The notes below the pieces were generated by a model that was given only the letters and a program-made list of their open reading frames with translations, ran no database searches and was not told the DNA's origin. Below are positions 37,188 to 46,097 of a stretch of 64,000 bases of DNA, one piece after another. The first letter of the stretch is position 1. Each line of letters starts with the position of its first letter. The position numbers and the translations under genes were made by a program. The DNA comes from an uncultured Spirochaetota bacterium (lineage in GTDB: Bacteria; Spirochaetota; Spirochaetia; Treponematales; UBA12059), in assembly GCA_937873275.1 (NCBI GenBank), contig CALMRC010000052.1, positions 4,309 through 68,308 on the forward strand, in the 5' to 3' direction.

Positions 37188-39425
37188 CTAGAGGGCGGAA
37201 TCCCGGCCGCCGCTTAAGGTCACGGTCCTGCGGGATTCCTGCCTGTAGTCCCGAAGCGACACGGGACCTTCCAGGCGGAGAGGGGTCGAGGGGGAACGGA
37301 ACTCCGCGACGATCTCGGCCTCCGCGCGGAAATCCCCGGAGACCGTGAGGGAGACCTCCACGGGATCCGGGGGCCGGGCCCCGATGGAAATCACGATGCC
37401 CGCCCCGTCCCCGGTCGGCCGGAAGGGGAAGGACGCGTCGTAGACGGACCCCGACGCCATGCCGGGGATGCGGATCCAAATCCTGTCCGGCTCCCCCTCG
37501 GTCCGGATGGACAGATCGAGCTGGACCCGGTCCAGGAAGGCTTTCCGGGCTACGGATACCCGGATCCGGGGCTCCGCGGGCAGGGGACCGAGGGATTCCG
37601 TCGAACTCCCTCCCGCCGCCGCGACCCGCTCCTCCCCCCGGGCCAGGGAGAACCTCGGAAGGGGCCGGCGGCTCGCGATCTCCAGACGGACGGTTCCCGC
37701 ATCCTCGTCGGCATAGTCCCGGACCGAGATCTCCGTGCTTCCCCGGTATCCCCGGGCGTCGGCGATCAGCCAGCCCCCTCCCGCCGCGGTCAAGACCAGG
37801 AAGACCGTACCCGCGATCCAGGAAGTGCGGACCCGGTAGAATCCGCCGCCGAACAGCCCCTCACCCAGGCCGACGAAGATCAGCAGGAACGGGAGGGCGA
37901 TGAACACGAGGTAGACGGCGCCGCCCGGTCCGGGAAGCAGGAAGCGGGAAAATGCCTCGAACGCCGGTTCCCGTGCAAGGTCCGCGGCCAGAATCCCCAG
38001 GGGAAGGAGCACGAGCGGCAAGGCCAGGGCGGTCGGCCAGGATCGTTCCAGGGACCGCCCGAACCTCCGGCCCGCCAGGGCGATCACGAAGGCCCACAGG
38101 AACGGCAGGGAGAGCGGGAGGCGCAGGGCGGACACCAGGAGAACATCCACCCCCAGAACGACGACGGCGCTTCCCCGGAAGAATTCCGCCTTCCGGGGAA
38201 GGAGCCCGAGCCGGGCACAGAGGGACGCCAGGGCCGTGAATAGGGTCAGGATCTGGCCCAGCCGGAGGACGGCGAAGGGAACGGGGCGGACTTTCCAGAA
38301 ATCCGGCGAGCCCGCCGCCTTGAGCAGGATTCCCTGGAAGAGGTCCGCCGCCAGCACGCAGACATAGAGCGCAAGGGAGACGACCAGCAGCGCCGAGGCG
38401 CCCCGGGGTACCCGGCTGAGTTCCTCGGAAAGCAGCTCCCGATTCCTCAGGGAATCGAAGGCGAAGATCAGTCCCAGCGCGGAGAAAAGCACCAGGATGC
38501 TGGCGACATACAGGGTTTCCCGCACCGCGATGCGGAACCCCCCGGCTTCGAAGAGCACGTACTGGCGATCCCAGGTGTCCGGAATTCCGGCCTTCAGGGA
38601 ACGGACGAGGGTCTCCAGGAGAAGCACGTCAACACCCGGCTCCTCCCCGCCGATTGAGGGGCCGGAGGCGGCCAGGCGGAGGGTGATCGCGGGGATGTTC
38701 CTCCGGAACCAGGGATCCAGCGGGCTTCGGCCGTCCGTGAGTCCCAGCCGCTGTATCAGGGAACGGTTGGCCCGTACGGCATCCCGCAGCCCCCGGGCCC
38801 GGACCGCGCGAACCGCCGCGTCCAGCAACCAGAACGGGGATAGAATCCCTTTTCCTCCGATCTGGATCTCCGCGGTCTTCGGAGGCGCCCCCGCGGCCTC
38901 GACCCGAACCGCAGCCAAGGAGGCCTCGTCCGCGCAATAGGCCGCGTAGGCCTCGGACCCCGTCAGGTCCTCGTCGGCGCCCAGGAAGGCCAGCCGAACC
39001 TCCAGGGGAGGCGGGGAACGGATCAACCGGTCCAGGAGATCCAGGGTCGCCGCGATGCCTTCCGTCCCGTCCCCCCAGGCAAACCCGTCAAAGACCGGAA
39101 CCAGGAGGACCAGGACCCCGGGACCCGTTCCCGGGGCCCGCACCTCCAGGATCCGGGAGAAGGAGTGCGTCTCGGAGTATTCCGAGACGGGAATGGAACG
39201 TACGGCGCCGGCCCTCCGGGTCGTCTCGGTTTCCAGGAACCGGAACAGGGCTTGCTCGCCCGCGGAGTTTTCCTGCCGCCCTCCCATGGCGCGGATTTCC
39301 GAAAGGACGGTTTCCCGGGAGCCGGGTTCCTGGGAAACCGAGACGGGGACGCCGAGGAGGGAGAAAAGCAGGATCGCGAGGATGCTGCGGGGGACCGCTG
39401 GGCTTCGCATTACACGGTCGAGCAT
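37188..39425 (-). CDS. Large polytopic membrane protein with N-terminal periplasmic M28-peptidase-like (apparently non-catalytic) domain and C-terminal extracytoplasmic domain
   Basis: Track ORF 37188..39449 starts at a TTG. The first ATG is at 39425 (MLDRVMRSPAVPRSILAILLFSLLG). A central block has about 8-9 hydrophobic helices. Only 10 nt separate it from dinB. Confidence 0.7.
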   Translation of the reverse strand: MLDRVMRSPAVPRSILAILLFSLLGVPVSVSQEPGSRETVLSEIRAMGGRQENSAGEQALFRFLETETTRRAGAVRSIPVSEYSETHSFSRILEVRAPGTGPGVLVLLVPVFDGFAWGDGTEGIAATLDLLDRLIRSPPPLEVRLAFLGADEDLTGSEAYAAYCADEASLAAVRVEAAGAPPKTAEIQIGGKGILSPFWLLDAAVRAVRARGLRDAVRANRSLIQRLGLTDGRSPLDPWFRRNIPAITLRLAASGPSIGGEEPGVDVLLLETLVRSLKAGIPDTWDRQYVLFEAGGFRIAVRETLYVASILVLFSALGLIFAFDSLRNRELLSEELSRVPRGASALLVVSLALYVCVLAADLFQGILLKAAGSPDFWKVRPVPFAVLRLGQILTLFTALASLCARLGLLPRKAEFFRGSAVVVLGVDVLLVSALRLPLSLPFLWAFVIALAGRRFGRSLERSWPTALALPLVLLPLGILAADLAREPAFEAFSRFLLPGPGGAVYLVFIALPFLLIFVGLGEGLFGGGFYRVRTSWIAGTVFLVLTAAGGGWLIADARGYRGSTEISVRDYADEDAGTVRLEIASRRPLPRFSLARGEERVAAAGGSSTESLGPLPAEPRIRVSVARKAFLDRVQLDLSIRTEGEPDRIWIRIPGMASGSVYDASFPFRPTGDGAGIVISIGARPPDPVEVSLTVSGDFRAEAEIVAEFRSPSTPLRLEGPVSLRDYRQESRRTVTLSGGRDSAL

Positions 39426-39514
39426 AGGAAGGGGACGGACCTTCGTCAATAGTTGTGCGGACCTCCGGTTTCGGGCTATACTTGCCCGAGCCTCGCAACC
39501 GGAGAAGTTCCAAG

Positions 39515-40681
39515 ATGTCCAGCCAGGAACGGAAAAGCATCCTCGACCTTCCCGTAAAGGTCATTCTCACGGAAGCCGGCACCACCTTCTTCATCAACAA
39601 CAACAAGACCCTGAAAAAATTCCGCCTGGCCGACAACGTGGAGGAGTACGGGGTCTTCCTGGATCGGTTCGCGCCCCTGAGCCTGCAGCGCATGCTGCTG
39701 CTGGATTATGTCTCCAAGGTCGAGATCTCCAAGAGTGAATTCATGACGAGCCGCCAGGAGATCATGGACCTGTCCAAGCTCGTGGTCTATTCCCTGCTCT
39801 ACCGTCAATACGACTCCTACATCTTTTCCCGCATCCTCGGCAGCGACCTGATCAAGAAATGGAATCGGCTGAATCCCGCCAACATCATCGACGAGAAGAC
39901 CCGCATCAACGACGCCTTCCTCCAGAACGTCCTGCGGGAGAGGGAACCGGACATCCGGGAGATCCGGAAGCAGATCCTGGGTCCCCTGTACACCCTGATC
40001 AACCACAACGCCGCCCTGCTCCCGGACGAGAAGAACATCCATCTCCTCTTGTCCGAGAAATTCCTCACGAGCCTCCGCCCCTTCGTGTGGTTCATCATCG
40101 CGAAGTTCAAGGGCGCCGACGGGTACGAGCAGATGATCACGGACATACGGACCTCCCTGGCGGAATACATGGAGAAGTCCAAGATCGCGGAGTACGTGTC
40201 CCTCATGATCATGGAACTCGCCGCCAATTCGGAGAACTCGAACCTGAAGAGGGAGGCCAAGGAGATCTTCAAGGGTGCCGTGGACATGAACGCGGTCCTC
40301 TTCGACCCTAATATCCGCCGGCAGGTCATCGAGGCCCTGGAACGGAAGGGGGAACTGGTCTACCTGTCCTGGAAGATCGGGTCGAAAAGCACGTCCATCG
40401 GAACCCAGGGCCGGCTGCAGATCACGGTCTTCAACAAGGAATCCGAGTACCAGAAGATGAAGGAGGCGGTGGAGGAGAAGAAGAACGCCGATCTCCGGAA
40501 GAAAAGCCTCCAGGATTTCTACAAGGAGCTCCCCGAATCGGAGGCCAACACGGAGCTGGGCCTCTACTACCTTTCCTACCTCTCCGAAGCCTGCGAGAAG
40601 GTGAACGTCAAGTTCGAGTCCCACGTGAACCAGATCCCCGGCTCCGACCTGACCCTGGTGAGCATGAGCCTCTACCTGTAG
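39515..40681 (+). CDS. Conserved-looking hypothetical protein; C-terminal half resembles a degenerate GHKL (anti-sigma/histidine-kinase-like) ATPase fold
   Basis: ATG 39515 with GGAGAA 8 nt upstream, 388 aa. Lys/Asn/Ile/Glu-rich composition but native GC-rich third positions. Contains MIMELAANSENSN, GRLQITVFNKE and TELGLYYLSYL segments. Confidence 0.75.
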   Translation: MSSQERKSILDLPVKVILTEAGTTFFINNNKTLKKFRLADNVEEYGVFLDRFAPLSLQRMLLLDYVSKVEISKSEFMTSRQEIMDLSKLVVYSLLYRQYDSYIFSRILGSDLIKKWNRLNPANIIDEKTRINDAFLQNVLREREPDIREIRKQILGPLYTLINHNAALLPDEKNIHLLLSEKFLTSLRPFVWFIIAKFKGADGYEQMITDIRTSLAEYMEKSKIAEYVSLMIMELAANSENSNLKREAKEIFKGAVDMNAVLFDPNIRRQVIEALERKGELVYLSWKIGSKSTSIGTQGRLQITVFNKESEYQKMKEAVEEKKNADLRKKSLQDFYKELPESEANTELGLYYLSYLSEACEKVNVKFESHVNQIPGSDLTLVSMSLYL

Positions 40682-40706
40682 CCGACGGCCCCTTCTCGCG
40701 GATTCC

Positions 40707-40733
40707 TTGACACTCTCTTCCTCTTTCTATAGC
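40707..40733 (+). promoter_or_regulatory. Putative sigma70-type promoter of ppdK
   Basis: Perfect TTGACA (40707-40712) and TATAGC (40728-40733). The spacer is 15 nt (16-17 with shifted hexamers), about 50 nt upstream of ATG 40785. Confidence 0.4.
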
Positions 40734-40784
40734 TTTACACGGAACCGACTTCCTGAAACGCGCGCATAACGGAGGAATCATTCG

Positions 40785-43658
40785 ATGGCCAAGACGAAGT
40801 ACGTCTACTTTTTCGGCGCCGGCACGGCCGAGGGCGAAGGGACGCAGAAGGAGCTCCTGGGCGGCAAGGGCGCGGGCCTGGCGGAGATGACCAAGATCGG
40901 TCTGCCCGTTCCCGCGGGCTTCACGATCACCACGGAGGTCTGCGACCTCTACTACAAGAACGGCAAGAAGTACCCCGAAGGGCTCAAGGACGAGGTCGAG
41001 AAGCACCTCAAGCGCCTGGAGAAGGTCGCGGGCAAGAAGCTCGGCGATCCCAAGGATCCCCTCCTGGTATCCGTCCGCTCCGGCGCGGCCATCTCGATGC
41101 CCGGCATGATGGAGACCATCCTGAACCTGGGCCTCACGGACGCGTCCGTCGAGGGTCTGGCCGCCAAGACCGGCAACCGCCGCTTCGCCCTGGACGCCTA
41201 CCGCCGTTTCATCATGATGTACGGTTCCACCGCCATGGGCATCGAGCGGGAGGAGTTCGACCACGCCTTCGACGCCGTGAAGGAGAGCATGACCCGCAAG
41301 CGCCTGGGCATCAAGGCGGGCGTCAAGGTCGGGGACACGGACGTCAACGAGGAGGAGCTGGCCGCCCTCATCAAGAATTTCAAGGCCCTCTACAAGAAGC
41401 ACATCAAGAGCGAGTTCCCCCAGGACCCGATCGTCCAGCTCTGGGGAGCCGTCGGGGCCGTGTTCGGCTCCTGGATGGCCGACAAGGCCGTCACCTACCG
41501 CAAGGTCGAGAAGATCCAGGGAGTCCGCGGCACCGCGGTCAACGTGGTGCAGATGGTCTTCGGAAACAAGGGCGACACCTCCGGAACCGGCGTCTGCTTC
41601 ACCCGGGACCCGAACACCGGGGAGAACGTCTTCTACGGCGACTACCTGGTCAACGCCCAGGGCGAGGACGTGGTAGCCGGCATCCGCACCCCCATCAAGC
41701 TCTCGGACTTCGCCTCCGCGGATCCCAAGGCCTACAAGCAGCTCATGGACGTCCGTAAGACCCTCGAAAAGCACTACAAGGACATGCAGGACCTCGAGTT
41801 CACCGTCGAGGAAGGCAAGCTCTACATGCTCCAGTGCCGGACCGGCAAGCGCTCCCCCGCGGCGGCCTTCAAGATCGCCGTGGACCTGGTGAACGAGAAG
41901 CTCATCACCAAGGAAGAGGCCATCACCCGCATCAAGACCTCCGACATCGAGGGCGTCTTCTACCCCGGCATCGACAAGTCCCAGACCAAGCTCCTCAAGG
42001 ACGCCTTCCTGGTCGAGGGCATCCCCGCCGTCCCCGGAGCCGCGACGGGCAAGATCGCCTTCTCCGCCGCCAAGGCGGAGGCCCAGGCCGCGAACGGGGA
42101 GAAGGTCATCCTGGTGCGCAAGGAGACCAGCCCCGAGGACGTCGGAGGCATGCATGCCGCCCAGGGCATCCTGACCGCCACGGGCGGGAAGACCAGCCAC
42201 GCCGCGGTCGTCGCCCGGGGCTGGGGCAAGTGCTGCATCGTCGGCTGCGAGAAGATCCACATCGACTACGAGAAGAAGACCATGGCCGCCGGGGGCGCGA
42301 TCCTCAAGGAAGGGGATTTCGTCACCCTGGACGGGACTTCCGGAGCCGTGTACAAGGGCGAGCTCAAGCTGGTGAAGGCCGAGCCTCCCGAGGCCTACAA
42401 CACGATCATGGGCTGGGTGGACAAGATCCGGACCATCAAGGTGCGGACCAACGCGGACACCCCCTACGACGCGGAGAACGCCCGCAAGCTGGGCGCCGAG
42501 GGCATCGGCCTGTGCCGGACCGAGCACATGTTCTTCGACAGCGAGGCCCGCATCCTGGCCATCCGGGAAATGATCATCGCCGATGACGTCGAGGCCCGGA
42601 AGAAGGCCCTCGCCAAGCTCCTGCCCTTCCAGACCGAGGACTTCCGGGGCATCTTCAAGGCCATGGACGGGTATCCCGTCACGGTCCGCCTGGTCGATCC
42701 GCCCCTCCACGAGTTCGTCCCGCACGACGAGGCCGGACAGAAGGCCCTGGCCAAGGCCGTCGGCGTGAGCTACGAGACGGTGAAGCGCCGGGTCGAGCAG
42801 CTCCACGAGGCAAACCCCATGCTCGGGCACCGGGGCTGCCGCCTGACCATCACCTACCCCGAGATCCTGGACATGCAGGTCACGGCCATCATCAAGGCCG
42901 CCTGCGACATGACCAAGAAGGGCGTCAAGGTCCTGCCGGAAATCATGATCCCCCTGGTGATCGACGCCAAGGAACTAAGGATCCTGGAGACCCGGACCCG
43001 CCAGGTAGCGGACAAGGTCATCAAGGATTCCGGGGTCAAGCTGGCCTACCTCGTGGGCACGATGATCGAGGTACCCCGGGCCGCCCTGCTGGCGGACCAG
43101 GTCGCCGGCGTCGCGGAGTTCTTCTCCTTCGGCACCAACGACCTCACCCAGATGACCCTGGGCATGAGCCGGGACGACGCGGGCCGATTCCTGCCCGACT
43201 ACGTGGACGAGAAGAAGGCCGGCATCTTCAAGACCGATCCCTTCCAGAGCCTGGACCAGGAGGGCGTGGGCATGCTGGTGAAGATGGCCATCGAGCGCGG
43301 CCGTTCTTCCCGCCCGAACCTCAAGGTGGGCGTCTGCGGCGAGCACGGCGGCGACCTTACCTCGGTAAAATTCTTCCATCGGGCCGGGATGAACTACGTC
43401 TCCGCCAGCCCCTTCCGGGTTCCCATAGCCCGGCTGGCGGCTGCCCAGGCGGTCATCGAGGACGCTGCCAAGCCCAAGCCCGCGGCCAAGAAGACCCCGG
43501 CGAAGCCGGCCGCGAAGCCGGTGGCCAAGGCGGTTGCCAAGAAGCCCGCGGCGCCCAAGGCCGCGGTCGTAAAGGCCCCCGTCAAGAAGGCGGCTCCCGC
43601 GAAGCCCGCCGCCAAGGCCGCCCCCAAGAAGCCCTCCGTCGGCGGCAAGAAGAAATAA
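40785..43658 (+). CDS. ppdK: Pyruvate, phosphate dikinase with ~65-aa Ala/Lys/Pro-rich C-terminal extension
   Basis: 957 aa. Contains KYVYFFG, GGKGAGLAEM and the phospho-His region TATGGKTSHAAVVARGWGK. The PEP-utilising C-terminal domain has GLCRTEHMFF and FFSFGTNDLTQ. The core ends ...RVPIARLAAAQAV and is followed by the AKP tail. Confidence 0.95.
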   Translation: MAKTKYVYFFGAGTAEGEGTQKELLGGKGAGLAEMTKIGLPVPAGFTITTEVCDLYYKNGKKYPEGLKDEVEKHLKRLEKVAGKKLGDPKDPLLVSVRSGAAISMPGMMETILNLGLTDASVEGLAAKTGNRRFALDAYRRFIMMYGSTAMGIEREEFDHAFDAVKESMTRKRLGIKAGVKVGDTDVNEEELAALIKNFKALYKKHIKSEFPQDPIVQLWGAVGAVFGSWMADKAVTYRKVEKIQGVRGTAVNVVQMVFGNKGDTSGTGVCFTRDPNTGENVFYGDYLVNAQGEDVVAGIRTPIKLSDFASADPKAYKQLMDVRKTLEKHYKDMQDLEFTVEEGKLYMLQCRTGKRSPAAAFKIAVDLVNEKLITKEEAITRIKTSDIEGVFYPGIDKSQTKLLKDAFLVEGIPAVPGAATGKIAFSAAKAEAQAANGEKVILVRKETSPEDVGGMHAAQGILTATGGKTSHAAVVARGWGKCCIVGCEKIHIDYEKKTMAAGGAILKEGDFVTLDGTSGAVYKGELKLVKAEPPEAYNTIMGWVDKIRTIKVRTNADTPYDAENARKLGAEGIGLCRTEHMFFDSEARILAIREMIIADDVEARKKALAKLLPFQTEDFRGIFKAMDGYPVTVRLVDPPLHEFVPHDEAGQKALAKAVGVSYETVKRRVEQLHEANPMLGHRGCRLTITYPEILDMQVTAIIKAACDMTKKGVKVLPEIMIPLVIDAKELRILETRTRQVADKVIKDSGVKLAYLVGTMIEVPRAALLADQVAGVAEFFSFGTNDLTQMTLGMSRDDAGRFLPDYVDEKKAGIFKTDPFQSLDQEGVGMLVKMAIERGRSSRPNLKVGVCGEHGGDLTSVKFFHRAGMNYVSASPFRVPIARLAAAQAVIEDAAKPKPAAKKTPAKPAAKPVAKAVAKKPAAPKAAVVKAPVKKAAPAKPAAKAAPKKPSVGGKKK

Positions 43659-43702
43659 GCCCTTCGGCCGCGGTCGCCCTTCGACCGCGGCCCGTCCGAA
43701 TG

Positions 43703-43739
43703 GAAGGCCCCCTCGCACGCGAGGCGGGCCTTCTTTCTT
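43703..43739 (+). terminator. Rho-independent terminator of ppdK
   Basis: GC-rich hairpin gaaggccc-cctcgc..gcgagg-c-gggccttc followed by TTTCTT. It is preceded by a second 11-bp hairpin at 43666-43692. Confidence 0.7.
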
Positions 43740-43791
43740 GTCCCGGTCCTTGGTTCATGGTTCGTGGAGGGAGGACGACCGAGTGCATTGG

Positions 43792-44538
43792 ATGGATCTG
43801 TACCACAGATTGTTGGAAATCTACGGTCCCCGGGGATGGTGGCCCCTGCCCTCACGAGCCGGGAGGGACGGTCGAGACGAGCGGGGATATCTTCCCGGCG
43901 GCGGCCCTCCTTCTGATCGGGCGGGCATCTTCGAGATTTCCGTCGGGGCCGTCCTGACCCAGGGAATCTCCTGGACAAACGCCGAGCGGGCACTCTTACG
44001 CCTCCTGGAGAACGACTTCCTGGATCCCCGGCGCATCGCGGACTGTCCGCCGGAGACGCTGGCCTCGCTGGTTCGTCCGGCGGGATACTACAACGTAAAG
44101 GCCCGGAAGCTCATCGAGCTGTCCGGTTTCTTCCTGGGGCTCCGTCCGGACGGACCGGGCTTCCGGGCGCCCGGCCGCACGGATCTGCTGAGGGTCTGGG
44201 GCATCGGACCGGAAACTGCGGATTGCATCCTAACCTACGCCTTCGGGATCCCGTCCTTCGTCATCGACGAATACACCCGCAGGATCTTCGGGCGGACGGG
44301 CTTGGCGGATCCGAAGGAACCCTACGAGAAACTTCGCACCGCGGTGGAACGCGGCATTCCGGATTCCCCCGCCGTCTACGCGGAGTATCACGCCTTGATT
44401 GTCGAGCACGGAAAACTCCGGTGCCGAACCCGGCCCGACTGCAGGCCCTGCCCGCTTCTGAGCTGTTGCGAATATGGATTGTCATCTTTATCATACGAAA
44501 CGGCTCGTACAAAACACGATACAAGCTCGTTGGTATAA
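43792..44538 (+). CDS. Endonuclease III-related HhH-GPD family protein (COG2231-type)
   Basis: Track ORF trimmed to ATG 43792 (MDLYHRLLEIYGPRGWWP). HhH region VWGIGPETADCILTYAF and a C-terminal Cys cluster CRTRPDCRPCPLLSCC. Confidence 0.8.
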   Translation: MDLYHRLLEIYGPRGWWPLPSRAGRDGRDERGYLPGGGPPSDRAGIFEISVGAVLTQGISWTNAERALLRLLENDFLDPRRIADCPPETLASLVRPAGYYNVKARKLIELSGFFLGLRPDGPGFRAPGRTDLLRVWGIGPETADCILTYAFGIPSFVIDEYTRRIFGRTGLADPKEPYEKLRTAVERGIPDSPAVYAEYHALIVEHGKLRCRTRPDCRPCPLLSCCEYGLSSLSYETARTKHDTSSLV

Positions 44539-44552
44539 ATATTCATACCAAC
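44529..44552. terminator. Short AT-rich hairpin between convergent EndoIII-like gene and dtd
   Basis: gttggtat / aaatattc / ataccaac, an 8-bp stem spanning the TAA stop at 44536-44538. Weak. Confidence 0.3.
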
Positions 44553-44560
44553 TGGAATCG

Positions 44561-44998
44561 TCAAGTATCGATCAGAATGGTGACGGGGCCCTTGTTCGTA
44601 TAGCGTACATCCATCACAGCCTGATATTCCCCGGTTTCGATCCTCAACCCCGTGGACTTCAGGTTTTCCACGAATCGTTCGTAGAGGCTCCTCGCTTCTT
44701 GGGGCGCCGCGGCCCCGTCGTAGCTCGGCCTTCGACCTTTCCGGACATCCCCGTACAGGGTGAACTGCGAAACCACCAGGATGTCGCCCCCGATGTCCCG
44801 GACGGACAGGTTCATCTTGTACTCCCCGTCCGGGAAGATCCGGAGCCCCGCTACCTTCTCGGACAGCCAGGACGCTTCCGCCGGGCCGTCGTCCTTCCCC
44901 ACGCCCACGTATACCAAAAGGCCCTTTTCGATGGAACCCACGAGCCGGCCGTCCACGGTCACGGAGGCGTCCTCGACCCGTTGCACGACCGCCCTCAC
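44561..44998 (-). CDS. dtd: D-aminoacyl-tRNA deacylase
   Basis: GTG 44998 (VRAVVQRV) overlaps the upstream stop (GTGA). 145 aa with VSQFTLYGD and NKGPVTILIDT motifs. Confidence 0.9.
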   Translation of the reverse strand: MRAVVQRVEDASVTVDGRLVGSIEKGLLVYVGVGKDDGPAEASWLSEKVAGLRIFPDGEYKMNLSVRDIGGDILVVSQFTLYGDVRKGRRPSYDGAAAPQEARSLYERFVENLKSTGLRIETGEYQAVMDVRYTNKGPVTILIDT

Positions 44999-46092
44999 GG
45001 CGCGCCGTCCCGCAGTTCGTGGACGGCGATCCCTTCCAGACGGAAACCGTCCTCTTCGGCCCGCACTCGTCCCAGGACTTCTATCGGGGCGCCCGCGGGA
45101 ACCCGCAGGTCGTAGGGAAAGGTCACGGCGACTACGCCCTCCAGGTTCTTCTTGTCCTGGTAGCCGACCAGAAGATCGAATTGCACGGCGGAATTCGACT
45201 CCCGTACGTTGCCCGCCTGCCCCTTCCAAAGAATCGCCACCCCGTCGAAGAGCCGGGGCGCCCGGAGGACGTCCCCGTAGGTGTACTTTTTCTTTATGTT
45301 CGAGAAATCCGGTTCCCGGATGAATCCCTTCAAGGTCTCGGCCTTGCTCTTGATGGAGGGGGCCGCGTTGGAAAGCAGGATTCGGTTCAGCTCCACGAGG
45401 GCGGCTTCGTCGTTCCAGTCGGAAAAGAGCTTCTTCGCCTTTTCGAAGGTCGCCCGTGCCTCCCCCTCGGTCAGGACGAATTCGAATCCCCCCGCGGCCA
45501 CGACGGGATTCTCCCGTTCGCCCTTGGACAGGAGGAAGGACTCCAGTCCCTCGCGGCCGGGTTTCCGGTCCCGAAGGATGCCCGGCAGACGTACGGCGAT
45601 CCCGTATACTCCAAGTAGCGCAAGCGCCGCGATCAGCGCGGCGGGCAGGAACCGGACCGTGAAAGCCCGGACCGGGGACGGGACCGGATACAGCACCGAG
45701 ATACCCCCGGATTTGACGAGCCCGGCCAGTCGCTCCGGGTCGGAATTGGTTCTGAGGAAGGCCAGGGATTTTTGGGCGAACCGGTTTCCGGGTTCCCGCC
45801 CCAGGATGTCGAGGTACAGCTGGACGGCCTTGTCGGTCTCCCCCCTCCGTACGTGCACGGCGGCCAGGCCGGCCAGGGTCGGAGCGTGACGGAAATTCAA
45901 CTGCTCCGCCCTGCGAAGATAAGTCGAGGCGCCCCCGATATCCCCCGTGACAAGGCAGCTGCATCCCAGCAGGAAGTGGAACAGGTGGGAGTCCCGGTAG
46001 GAAAGGGTCATGGGCTCCAGGGAAGAGAGGACGCGGGCGTAACGGCCCTTCGCGAAGTCCCGTCGGGCTCTTCGCAGGGGATCGGAGACCAT
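44995..46092 (-). CDS. TPR-repeat bitopic membrane protein (cytoplasmic TPR, one TM, C-terminal OB-like extracytoplasmic domain)
   Basis: Track ORF trimmed to ATG 46092 (MVSDPLRRARRDFAKGRY). TPR-like helices and a TM segment FLPAALIAALALLGVYGIAV. 365 aa. Confidence 0.7.
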   Translation of the reverse strand: MVSDPLRRARRDFAKGRYARVLSSLEPMTLSYRDSHLFHFLLGCSCLVTGDIGGASTYLRRAEQLNFRHAPTLAGLAAVHVRRGETDKAVQLYLDILGREPGNRFAQKSLAFLRTNSDPERLAGLVKSGGISVLYPVPSPVRAFTVRFLPAALIAALALLGVYGIAVRLPGILRDRKPGREGLESFLLSKGERENPVVAAGGFEFVLTEGEARATFEKAKKLFSDWNDEAALVELNRILLSNAAPSIKSKAETLKGFIREPDFSNIKKKYTYGDVLRAPRLFDGVAILWKGQAGNVRESNSAVQFDLLVGYQDKKNLEGVVAVTFPYDLRVPAGAPIEVLGRVRAEEDGFRLEGIAVHELRDGAP

Positions 46093-46097
46093 CGCGG

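Noticed and set aside
39515-40681. Lower-GC gene as a horizontally acquired island
   Set aside because: Third codon positions remain G/C-rich like the rest of the window. The lower GC comes from amino-acid composition (Lys/Asn/Ile-rich). No flanking repeats, tRNA or integrase are present.
40608-42830. 740-aa minus-strand ORF
   Set aside because: Antisense to ppdK, the most confidently identified gene in the window. Shadow ORF.
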